From Candidatus Poribacteria bacterium (GTDB lineage Bacteria > Poribacteria > WGA-4E > WGA-3G): 64,000 nucleotides of DNA. Numbering within the stretch: the stretch's first letter is position 1; the number at the start of each line of letters is the position of its first letter. Position numbers and translations under genes: made by a program. The notes under the pieces were generated by a model. It did no database searches, was not told where the DNA came from, and saw nothing but the letters and a program-made list of their open reading frames with translations. Where the stretch lies: assembly GCA_963665235.2 (NCBI GenBank), contig CAXXLX010000001.1, forward strand, positions 4,224,001 to 4,288,000, written 5' to 3'. This document shows, in pieces, positions 20,686-30,130 of this stretch.

Positions 20686-21620
20686 ATGCGACAATTTGAC
20701 CCGATTGTTACACACATTATGGGCCTTTTTTCTCAGGAGTTTGCGAACCTTGCTTCAATGAATCTGACCTTGAAGTTCTTGAGCAATTGGATACAAAGCA
20801 AGCTACCATTAAGGCCCATCAAAACGATTTAACTTTCAAAGTTCGGCGTTCCAATGGCGAGATGGTGATTCTCCACATAGAGGTACAAACCCGCGATAGC
20901 ACTGACAGACCTATGTCGTTGCGCGTTTTAAGCTATGCAAGCGCGCTTATCCTTCGCTATGGGTTGCCAGTATATTCTATGGTGATTTATCTGGATCCGG
21001 CCGCGGGTCGCGGAGATACGGGCACCTACGCCTATGGAGATGACACAATAGGTTTGCGGCTCAACTATAAGGTCATCCGTCTATCTGATTTAGAGGGTGA
21101 ACCATTTTTAGAGTCCCCTGCAATAGGTTTGCTGCCGTTTACGCCGTTGATGAAACCGCCTGCTGGTATGACAGCCGAGGCATGGGTTGAAGCCTGTGTT
21201 GCGAAGACACAAACGGCACCTGTTGACACACAGACGCGGGGTACGCTTTTATTTGCGCTATCTCTTCTTGGGAGTTTAGCACACGACCCGGAGCTTTTTC
21301 GGAAGTTTATATTGGAGGAAATTATGCAAGAGTCTCCGTTTTATGATACAGTTCTACAGAGCGGTATTAAACAAGGGATGGAACAAGGTATCGCCCAAGG
21401 CAGAGAACAAGGGATGGAACAAGGTATCGCCCAGGGCGTTCGCGACACATCCATTAGAAACATAATCGCTGTGCTTACAACGCGGTTCTCGGATGACGAT
21501 ATACATCGCGCTACACATAAGCTTGAGGCAATTGGTGATATTGAACGTTTCACCGAACTGCATACCCTCGCGCTCTCAGTGCCTAATTTCAACGCTTTCT
21601 TGATAGCACTTGATGAATAG
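20686..21620 (+). pseudogene. Rpn-family nuclease / putative transposase, frameshifted near the 5' end
   Basis: ATG 20686 (MRQFDPIV) is out of frame with LHIEVQT..MQESPFY..QGMEQG; one base appears to be missing near 20753. Confidence 0.72.
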
Positions 21621-21771
21621 GTCTTTTTCAACTTTAGTATAGTTAGATATGTGTTTACGAATACGGGCGGATCGGACTCCGCCCATACATTTCAAAAGGA
21701 GGCAGGCTTTTACTTTCTGCAATAGACTCCCCGCCTTGCGGGAATGCAGGAAGTGTTAGACAAAGATTTTT

Positions 21772-22788
21772 ATGAAAGTAGCAGCAATGTTTGGCGAAGG
21801 TAAAGGCGGCGTAGTTGATAAACCGGACCCTCGCGCAGGGGGCGATGTCGTCGTCGTTAAAATCCACGCTGTCCCGATGTGTACGGAATACAAAGGTTTC
21901 AAAGGCGGCGGCACCGGCGAACACTTCGGGCATGAAGCCGCTGGAGAAGTCGTCGAAGTGGCACAACCCGGACGCGTCAAGGTAGGAGACCGCGTGGTGG
22001 TGCAACCCCAGAACGCTTGCGGCAAGTGTCAAATGTGCGTCATCGGTGAACACATTCACTGTATGAGAGGACGTAATATCCGGGAAGTCCTCGGCACCAA
22101 TCCCGCCTCGGCGACCTATGCGCAGTATATGAACAAAATGGAAGATTTACTATCTCCCATTCCGGATGGAATGAGTTATGCACACGCTGGTATGGCATGC
22201 TGCGGACTCGGACCGACGTTCGGGGCAATGGAACAGATGGAAGTTGACGCGCTAGATACGGTGATGGTAACCGGTTTAGGTCCTGTAGGTTTAGGCGGTA
22301 TCATCAATGCCAGTTATCGTGGCGCGCGTGTCATCGGGGTGGAAAGCCATCCGTACCGTGCGGAACTTGCGAAAAAGTTAGGGGCAGAGGTTGTACTGAA
22401 CCCGAATGATGAGGATATTCTCAATCAAATTCGTGAACTAACAGACGGTGTGGGAATCGATAAGGCTGTTGACTGTTCAGGCGCATCTGCAGCACACCGG
22501 TTGATGGTCGATGCTGCCCGAAGAAAAGGACAGGTCACGTTCGTTGGGGAAGGCGGCGAATTTCCGCTTGCTGCCAGCCGGGATATGATCCGGAAAGGCT
22601 TAGTCCTACGTGGGAATTGGCACTACAACCTCGGTTTTTATCCGAAATTGATGCAAGTCATCCAGAATTCTGCTGAAAAATTGGATACATATATCACTCA
22701 CACCTTCCCGATGGATGAGGTCCAGAAAGCGTGGGAATTGCAGATTACGGGTGAGTGCGGTAAAGTCGTGTTGGAACCGTGGGCGTAG
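21772..22788 (+). CDS. Zinc-binding (MDR) alcohol/sugar dehydrogenase
   Basis: GHEAAG, CGKCQMC..C structural zinc site, GLGPVG. Confidence 0.92.
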   Translation: MKVAAMFGEGKGGVVDKPDPRAGGDVVVVKIHAVPMCTEYKGFKGGGTGEHFGHEAAGEVVEVAQPGRVKVGDRVVVQPQNACGKCQMCVIGEHIHCMRGRNIREVLGTNPASATYAQYMNKMEDLLSPIPDGMSYAHAGMACCGLGPTFGAMEQMEVDALDTVMVTGLGPVGLGGIINASYRGARVIGVESHPYRAELAKKLGAEVVLNPNDEDILNQIRELTDGVGIDKAVDCSGASAAHRLMVDAARRKGQVTFVGEGGEFPLAASRDMIRKGLVLRGNWHYNLGFYPKLMQVIQNSAEKLDTYITHTFPMDEVQKAWELQITGECGKVVLEPWA

Positions 22789-23793
22789 TCTAACTAACAA
22801 TCAAAATCCTACCCGATAGGCACGCTTTGTAACGTGCTTACCGGGTAGAAAAAATAAGCAATGGCACCGCCACTGCATTAGCATCCGCAGCCTCAGCCGC
22901 CTGATGTCTGCACCGGTTCGTTGATATCCGGTTCGGGGGGTGCTACTGTGCCATTCAGGTCCCCGTAGCAGAGTGCAAAACCGCCTTTGCCGAACCATGA
23001 ACCGAGTGTCAAGTGATAATTATCAATATCGTTGTGGGGCAAAAAATCCGCCCGTTTGTTGTGGTCATGCCGCGCAAAGAAATAGTGCCGCTCCCCCTGC
23101 CAGTGCAGCTCACCGTTCACTGAAATCCGATTTGACACAAAGTGTAACATTCAGTTTTGGGTTCTGAACTCCCTTGAACGCACGCCCTGTCTATGTTTTC
23201 AAGCGGTTTCGACCCATTTTTTCCCAACACAAAAAAAACGGGTTGTGTCATTTCGACTGCCGGTTTTCGTTTATCAGTCCTACCTACTTTTTTTAGCGTT
23301 CTGCCGCCTACTTTTTGATGCGGTTCCGGTGCGAATGTTACATTTTTGACACAAAATGTAACATTCAGTTTTCGGTGTTGCATGTGCCTGAACGCACACC
23401 ACGTCTATATTTGTAAGCCGTTTATAATCGCCTTGGACGATTTCGAAAAAATGAAATGTCACACTTTCGCTATCGGGGGCGCATCAGGTGAGTTGCAAAC
23501 CGTGCCGCTTTCCTCCGAAAAATGTTTTGAGGTGCTGTTATATTAGTTGCGAATGGTTTGATTTTTCTTCAGAAAAAATATCGCAGACGTACAAAAACTT
23601 TACACACCCTTTGCAAGAAACCGAACGAGCTAAACCGAATTGGACCCAAAGCTAAAGCATTGGGATTGTTAAGCAAGACTCTTCATAAGAGGGAAACCTA
23701 GCGGGCGGGGGGACCCCGCCCAGAAGAGCGGGAAACCGTTGGTTCTCCCGAATACTGAGGGTTCTGCTAAATTTGCGTAAGTCCCGGTACTTT

Positions 23794-25473
23794 TTACATG
23801 AGCGATGTTTTTTGCAAATCAGGAACAATTTTCAACATTTCCTCTTCCAACATTTCCTCAGCTTCTTCAGATTGATGCTTCTCAATGATACCAGCACAGA
23901 CAGCATCGCCCCAAATATTGACAGCCGTAACGAAACGTTCCATCAACCAATCAATTGCAATAATGTGAGTAATGCCTGCAACGGGTAAATTCAGGGTTCG
24001 CAGAAGGATTACCGAGCTCATAAAGCTAGCCCCTGGAACACTGGCTGCGCTAATAGCCATGAGCGTAGCGATTAGAACGACAAGGCACTGTTCTAGCGGT
24101 CCCATTGTGATACCGTACACTTGTGCGATGAACATTCCAATCACAGTAAAGTAAATTGCAACGCCGTTCATGTTGAGGGTCGCCCCAAGCGGTAAAATGA
24201 AAATGGAGGTCTGACTTGAGATACCGTTGTTATTCTCCACACAGTCCATCGTTAAAGGCAGCGTAGAACTAGAAGAAGCAGTTGAAAAGGCAGTTAGTAA
24301 AGCGGGCTGCATGCCCTTCGCAAAGGTCAACGGATTACGGCCCCCGATTCCCCACAGCAGGAACGGTAACACTACAACACTGTGTACCAATAATCCGATT
24401 AGCACGGTAGCACTGTATTTTCCAACTGCTATTAATTCTGGCAATAGGTTGGCGAACCCGCCGACTTCCCCGATCTTCGCTGCAATTAACCCAAAAATAC
24501 CTATGGGAGCGAAATACATCACCCAATGAACAAATTGCATGATAGCCACGTTTACGACAAGAATTGAGTCAACTACAGATTCTGCCACCTGTCCTTGCAT
24601 CAACAAGGCGTAACCGATGAGTAAGGAGAAAAAGATGAGCGGCAAAATATTGGCTTCTACCAATGCATTGAAAAGGTTCTGCGGAATCATCCCACCCCTT
24701 TCCTCATTACCAAGCAACATCGCTTTTAATGTTTGCAGTACACCGACCTGTTGGATGACAGGTTGTGCACCATCGATCGGGAGTTTGAAGGCAACCCCTT
24801 CGCCTTGCTGTTTGAGCCGAATCTGTGTTGCGATGTCTTCCACAAACAGCAGTGGTTCACCGGTTTCGGAACGGACATAAGTAGCCTTCTTAGATAAAGA
24901 TGCCCAGGATTTCACCGTCACAGATATATCTGAAATAGACTCAATATGCCCAACAACGTTCTGGTCCATGAGAGCCAAGAGATATTTGCTAGAATAGTCC
25001 TGATGTGGAAGGTCTGATGTGACTACTGTACGTAAATCTTCGCCTACCAAGGTATACTGCAAATATGGATGTTCCTCACTCTCCCATTGGTTTGATGTCT
25101 GTTTACTGTTGGAAGCCATCACATCGGCGTTAGGCTCTTTTGTATCGAAATTCTTGCCGGGTTGTATGAGGTTAACAAAAACCAGCCCGATGATGCCAGC
25201 GATGATAGTCGTGGCAAGGAAATAAAACCCGGCTTTCCAACCGATATCATAGAGATTCTGAATGTCGCCAAGCCCTACCATGCCAACTATCATAGATAAT
25301 ATGACGAGTGGTACAACAATCATCTTGAGGAGGTTCAGAAATATATCACCAAGTAGCTTGGTATGGACTGCATATTCCGGGAAAAACCCACCTATCAGTA
25401 TCGCAGCGGCGACAGTAATGAGGATACCGTAAAGTAAACCGCGTTCAGCTCTGTTATTTTTATTTTTTTCCAT
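23794..25473 (-). CDS. Dicarboxylate/amino acid:cation symporter (GltP/SLC1 family), divergent
   Basis: LGDIFLNLLKM, AFSTASSSSTLP, PLGATLNMNG; likely start MEKNK at 25473. Confidence 0.88.
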   Translation of the reverse strand: MEKNKNNRAERGLLYGILITVAAAILIGGFFPEYAVHTKLLGDIFLNLLKMIVVPLVILSMIVGMVGLGDIQNLYDIGWKAGFYFLATTIIAGIIGLVFVNLIQPGKNFDTKEPNADVMASNSKQTSNQWESEEHPYLQYTLVGEDLRTVVTSDLPHQDYSSKYLLALMDQNVVGHIESISDISVTVKSWASLSKKATYVRSETGEPLLFVEDIATQIRLKQQGEGVAFKLPIDGAQPVIQQVGVLQTLKAMLLGNEERGGMIPQNLFNALVEANILPLIFFSLLIGYALLMQGQVAESVVDSILVVNVAIMQFVHWVMYFAPIGIFGLIAAKIGEVGGFANLLPELIAVGKYSATVLIGLLVHSVVVLPFLLWGIGGRNPLTFAKGMQPALLTAFSTASSSSTLPLTMDCVENNNGISSQTSIFILPLGATLNMNGVAIYFTVIGMFIAQVYGITMGPLEQCLVVLIATLMAISAASVPGASFMSSVILLRTLNLPVAGITHIIAIDWLMERFVTAVNIWGDAVCAGIIEKHQSEEAEEMLEEEMLKIVPDLQKTSLM

Positions 25474-25632
25474 AGCATATCTCCATAGCGTGCTAATACT
25501 ATTCCTTCCTTTTCTTTTCGCTGTTAGGAGCGAGCACCCGTTTGCCATTTTTTGACTCAAATGCACAAAATATCTGACTCGGCGTTTGCTATTAACAGCA
25601 ATAACGACAACTTTATACGTAACATAGTGCAT

Positions 25633-25648
25633 TGCAAAAACCGTGCCA
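25633..25648 (-). promoter_or_regulatory. Sigma54 -24/-12 promoter of the symporter
   Basis: Minus strand TGGCACGGTTTTTGCA matches TGGCAC-N5-TTGCW exactly. Confidence 0.75.
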
Positions 25649-25866
25649 ATCTGTAAAATCTATTTTAATCTTTGCTTTGGACGCGTTGGAAACCTTTATC
25701 TGTAAAGGCAGTATCGGGAATATATACCAATCCGCAGCCTGAGGAGATGCTTGATAAGTTTTTTGGGAGGTTGTTTCAAAATGCAACAGCTTTGGTAGCA
25801 ATTAGGGGAGCAAGCTTTGAGAATACTAGGGTTTATAGTGAATATGTTGCAATAAGCAACAATGTC

Positions 25867-26568
25867 GCATATTGCAACAACATTTTAGCGAAATCGTTGT
25901 TTTGGCGGGCGCGGTCATTTCGTTTTCGATTTTTCCATGGGAATTTATCACAAACCCTATGACAACGCGCAAAGTATAGGTTATACTTAACGCGAGTTTG
26001 AAAAAAAGTTTTGACCTAGAGCGTTCTGTGGTAGTTTTAGCAAAAAACAGCACAAACTAGGAAGTTTATGCTACAATCAGGCAAATCAGTAACCTGTTGG
26101 GAATTTATCACAAACCCTATGACAACGCGCAAAGTATAGGTTATACTTAACGCGAGTTTGAAAAAAAGTTTTGACCTAGAGCGTTCTGTGGTAGTTTTAG
26201 CAAAAAACAGCACAAACTAGGAAGTTTATGCTACAATCAGGCAAATCAGTAACCTGTTGGGAATTTATCACAAACCCTATGACAACGCGCAAAGTATAGG
26301 TTATACTTAACGCGAGTTTGAAAAAAAGTTTTGACCTAGAGCGTTCTGTGGTAGTTTTAGCAAAAAACAGCACAAACTAGGAAGTTTATGCTACAATCAG
26401 GCAAATCAGTAACCTGTATTGACCTTGTTCGTTCCAATACAGTGTAGCATATTGCAACAACATTTTAGCAAAATCGTTGTTTTGGCGGGCGCGGTCATTT
26501 CGTTTTCGATTTTTCCATGGGAATTTATCACAAACCCTATGACAACGCGCAAAGTATAGGTTATACTT
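25867..26568. repeat. Complex duplication: three 160-bp tandem units, plus a 122-bp block repeated 580 bp apart
   Basis: Units start at 25938, 26098, 26258; 25867-25988 is repeated at 26447-26568 with one mismatch. Confidence 0.9.
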
Positions 26569-26980
26569 AGAGAATCTCTGTAAGCCATTCAGCATCATGT
26601 GCGGGATTATAGATTAACCCTTTTTTCATGTCCACACAGAGGTCCAAGTGCTCCAATACCATGTGTCCAACGAGGACAGGGCATCCCTCAGGCAAATCAG
26701 TAACCTGTATTGATCTTGTTCGTTCCAATATCGTAAATTGGACTTCTGAATAGAGAACGCGCTCAACAATACCGGTAGCGGTGCGTGCACGCGTTGTTTC
26801 AATAGGTGTGAGACCGAGTTCTTCAATGAGCGGTGTTGGTAGACAGAGCCCCGTCGCGCCGGTATCAACAAGGGCATCTGCGACAGTGAGTCGCCGCACA
26901 TCTTCAGGACGCATAACGCCTAGCTTTACTGCAACCAGGTCGTATAGATTTTCGAGTTCAATTTTCGTGGTGTGTCTCAT
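26567..26980 (-). CDS. Clan AA (retropepsin-like) aspartyl protease
   Basis: ALVDTGAT and VLVG..VLE.LD motifs. Confidence 0.87.
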   Translation of the reverse strand: MRHTTKIELENLYDLVAVKLGVMRPEDVRRLTVADALVDTGATGLCLPTPLIEELGLTPIETTRARTATGIVERVLYSEVQFTILERTRSIQVTDLPEGCPVLVGHMVLEHLDLCVDMKKGLIYNPAHDAEWLTEIL

Positions 26981-27012
26981 TTTTTTACCTCGTATGTTTA
27001 TTGTAAAAGCAG

Positions 27013-28524
27013 CTACGCAATACGAAAGGCATAAAGTCTTGCCCGGTTCAAAATGAATCGCAGCCGAAGCGGTTGCGTCGCATTCGCCAACCTCGCCGAT
27101 TTCCATTGTACCTGATGCCGTATATTATCCGCTGTCAACGGAACGCAGTCATCCAGGGAAAATCCGGGTTGAACCTGTCCATCAACCGTCAGCACTTCAA
27201 CGCCGATTTGCCCCGCGCTTGCATCGGCGTTAATTTCAAGTCCACCGTTTGGTATCCGTAATGGAACGGTTTCTATTACGCCTCCGTTTGCGTCCGCATC
27301 AAGCGAAACAAAACCATCCAGTCGCCATTTCGCAAGCCCAATTGCCTTGTGTCTATCCTTCATCGCTGCACCGTGGGTGTGTTCTGTCCCGGTGTAGTAC
27401 CAGTGGATTTCATCGTCGGTAATGATTGGCTGCGTGGCAGTTCCCATAATCATCCCGGTATCATAAGTGCCGCTTTCCCCGCGTGGAATAATCGGAGTCC
27501 GGTCACCGTCCGGATACTCCCAATTGAATCCGTCACGGCTGCAGAGCAATTGGGCATCAATCGGTCCATCGATAGGAATTTCATGTTCCGCCGCGCCTGG
27601 GCCCGTCACATATAACACCCCCGCGATTCCGATGTAGATGTTATGGTAAAGAAAACCCGACATGTTGTGAATTTCGGCACGGTCTGCACCGTATCTCTGC
27701 CTACCAACGGCATCGTCTTTATCACTTGCACCGAACATCGGTTCAAGCGGTTTCCACGGCCCCTCAAGACGCGGACTTTCGGTATACGCTATCATACGAC
27801 GAGCGTCTTTGTCTTTCCCCCGTATCAATGCATAAGCACGGAACAGCGCGGTTTTGTTATCGTAGATAACATTGAATGCACCTTCGTTGCTCCGTTCAGC
27901 AACCGGTTCCAAGTAATCTGAATCGTCCCATCGGATGCCATCGGGGGATGTTAGGAGAAAGACGTTGCGATACCGTCTACAAAAACCGAGCATCTTGTAC
28001 CGTTTCTGTACATCCGATTCATCGTCATCACGGAAAACGCATGCACCGTGTAGGTCCCACACGATGTTATTGTTTGGATTGCTATTAAATTCAAAAAGCC
28101 CAAGGTTCGGTTTCGTCCAGGTCAATCCATCATCGCTTTCCGCGTAACAGGTTAGGTCACCTCGGTCGTTTTCAACGAACTTCCGTCCGTAAGCGTCGTG
28201 TGTCTGTCCTCTGTATGTTGATGGATTTCGGTCCGGACGGGGGACGTACAGCCCCGGAATTTCGTTCGCTTTAAACCGCCAATGCGGTCCCATGCGACAC
28301 ATATACCACATACGATATTTTCCGTACGCGGCATCGTACATTGTCGTGCCGTAGAGATGCACGCGTCTGGACTGATCAGGACCGCCATGTTCCCAAGGGT
28401 TATCCGGGTCAGGTTCAAGGACAGGCACGTCATGTTTTACACATGGATGAAGTGTCCGCTTCACACCCTGTTTCGAGGCAATGCATGCGTCATCAATAAA
28501 TAGTTCTGTCCGGTTGTTATTCAA
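27013..28524 (-). CDS. Hypothetical beta-propeller glycoside-hydrolase-like protein
   Basis: Asp-box-like SDDGLTW, SPDGIRW, SRDGFNW and a WRLDGFVSL tail. Confidence 0.7.
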   Translation of the reverse strand: MNNNRTELFIDDACIASKQGVKRTLHPCVKHDVPVLEPDPDNPWEHGGPDQSRRVHLYGTTMYDAAYGKYRMWYMCRMGPHWRFKANEIPGLYVPRPDRNPSTYRGQTHDAYGRKFVENDRGDLTCYAESDDGLTWTKPNLGLFEFNSNPNNNIVWDLHGACVFRDDDESDVQKRYKMLGFCRRYRNVFLLTSPDGIRWDDSDYLEPVAERSNEGAFNVIYDNKTALFRAYALIRGKDKDARRMIAYTESPRLEGPWKPLEPMFGASDKDDAVGRQRYGADRAEIHNMSGFLYHNIYIGIAGVLYVTGPGAAEHEIPIDGPIDAQLLCSRDGFNWEYPDGDRTPIIPRGESGTYDTGMIMGTATQPIITDDEIHWYYTGTEHTHGAAMKDRHKAIGLAKWRLDGFVSLDADANGGVIETVPLRIPNGGLEINADASAGQIGVEVLTVDGQVQPGFSLDDCVPLTADNIRHQVQWKSARLANATQPLRLRFILNRARLYAFRIA

Positions 28525-28544
28525 ACCTAAAATTTCCTTTAGCT

Positions 28545-29150
28545 CTACGCCTTCTGTTCTACCATACTTGAGAGAATACCGAGAATTTTATCACACTGTG
28601 AGATTTGGTAGGGTTTTATATCAATATGCAGTTTTTGCCCTTCCAATTTAAGAAAACGCCAATCTGTTCCGGAGGTCGTAGCCCCATAAATGTGAGGAAT
28701 TTCGTTACCTTTATCGGCGTTAAAACGTTGCGCCGCTAACATCTCAGCGGCGCATTGACCGAGACCGACCGTCAAATCCTCTTTCTTTGCCTCAACAAGA
28801 ATGATGATAGGTGCCTCTAAATGAAGCTGCGCAGGTGATAAGCTTATCAAAAAATCGCACACACCGGTTAATCCGTTTTCAGCATCTACGTTGAAGTCAA
28901 TACCCGAAAAGAGACTGATACGGTGTTCAAACCTTTCACGCAGCTCAACAAGGACATCCGCAACAATCAGCTCCGACCTTGCTTTCTCTGTATTGATAGA
29001 CGCAGCTAACGACACCTTTTTCGCCAAAGCCGTTGTGAGATGTGCACTTGGCTCCACCGGTTCTATTTCAGAGAATACGCCTAAGCTTTCAACCTTTTCC
29101 AATTGAAACTTTTCCTTTACAATCTCCATAGTGAAATTGCTATACACCAT
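28545..29150 (-). CDS. PD-(D/E)XK-fold hypothetical protein (HsdR_N-like)
   Basis: TEKARSE, GVCDF, LVEAK, GQCAAEM, TSGTDWRF. Confidence 0.75.
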   Translation of the reverse strand: MVYSNFTMEIVKEKFQLEKVESLGVFSEIEPVEPSAHLTTALAKKVSLAASINTEKARSELIVADVLVELRERFEHRISLFSGIDFNVDAENGLTGVCDFLISLSPAQLHLEAPIIILVEAKKEDLTVGLGQCAAEMLAAQRFNADKGNEIPHIYGATTSGTDWRFLKLEGQKLHIDIKPYQISQCDKILGILSSMVEQKA

Positions 29151-29232
29151 TTCTCAGCACCTCTTTTCAAGGCGTTAGCGTAATAGAACTTACCCTTAGG
29201 CGTTGCATTCTATCTGCGGGAGCGTGAAGGTT

Positions 29233-30030
29233 TCAATTGCGATTCAGATTTTTTAGGGACCCCCACATCGTGGCGAGTTTACCGCGCGGTTCCACATCAA
29301 GCAGCGTATTCGCTTCCAAGTTGTTAATCTCTTTTTCAGTGAGAACAGCGTTATAGATTCTGGCATCTTCAACACGCGCGACGACCCAACCGTGAGCCGT
29401 TCCACCGATAAGGGCACGGGGACCAAAAAGAGCCTCTACATCGCCAGCCACCCAAGACACGATTTGTCCCTTTGTATAGTCGCCAATTACTTCGCCATTA
29501 CGGTATATCATAATCTTTGCACTATTGTTGGCATTCTCATAAGAAATCGCCAATTGAATGAGTTTACCCGTTTCTTTTTCCGCAGTACCATGCGGATCAT
29601 TGTGGGTGCGTCTAAAGAAACTGCTGCCAGCCATCCAATGCCTCGCATGTTTCTCTGCGTAGACGATAGCATCAAACGTGTCTCCACTGCTCTTATTCAC
29701 TGCAAGTGGCGCGCCATGTGTAGTGTCAAGATTGTCTAAATAGAGCCACGCCACTAGGGTTTTCTCGGGCCCAATCTTTGGACCTTTATATCCGGTGGTC
29801 AATGCCCACTTACTGTTGCCGATGTGCAATTTGCCATCTTTGACCTCCGCTCCTTTAAGGTCAATATCGCCAAAGTTGCCGGTAAGGTCTTGCAGCTCAG
29901 CACCTCTTTCAAAGGTCCAATGTCCAATCAAATCTTCCTGCTTCTCTGCCTGCCCTAACGCTGGCAATGATAAGCCGAGCAGAAGCAGCACAGAGAATCC
30001 CAACATGAAAGTGTCTGATAAACGGTTCAT
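29233..30030 (-). CDS. Secreted LamG/ConA-like protein with KLATxWG tail
   Basis: Signal peptide, HWTFE, ARIYNAVLT; tail VEPRGKLATMWGSLK. Confidence 0.8.
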   Translation of the reverse strand: MNRLSDTFMLGFSVLLLLGLSLPALGQAEKQEDLIGHWTFERGAELQDLTGNFGDIDLKGAEVKDGKLHIGNSKWALTTGYKGPKIGPEKTLVAWLYLDNLDTTHGAPLAVNKSSGDTFDAIVYAEKHARHWMAGSSFFRRTHNDPHGTAEKETGKLIQLAISYENANNSAKIMIYRNGEVIGDYTKGQIVSWVAGDVEALFGPRALIGGTAHGWVVARVEDARIYNAVLTEKEINNLEANTLLDVEPRGKLATMWGSLKNLNRN

Positions 30031-30130
30031 AGTTATCTCCTCTGTTGTGTTAATTCGGGTTAAGGTTTCGGACGTTAAAGCTAAGGATACCACATGTAAT
30101 CAAAAATGTCACGTTAATTTCATAATTGCA

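Noticed and set aside
21360-21440. Short internal direct repeats
   Set aside because: Ordinary QGMEQG coding repeats of Rpn-family proteins
22860-22900. Selenocysteine readthrough at SGG-TGA-GCGC
   Set aside because: A TAA follows five codons later, no convincing SECIS is visible, and the ORF looks decayed
25826-26598. Short ORFs across the 160-bp array
   Set aside because: They derive from duplicated intergenic DNA and lack ribosome-binding sites or recognisable motifs
26397-26730. Diversity-generating retroelement template/variable repeat pair
   Set aside because: Only 43 bp with one mismatch, the adenine is in the gene copy, and there is no reverse transcriptase in the window
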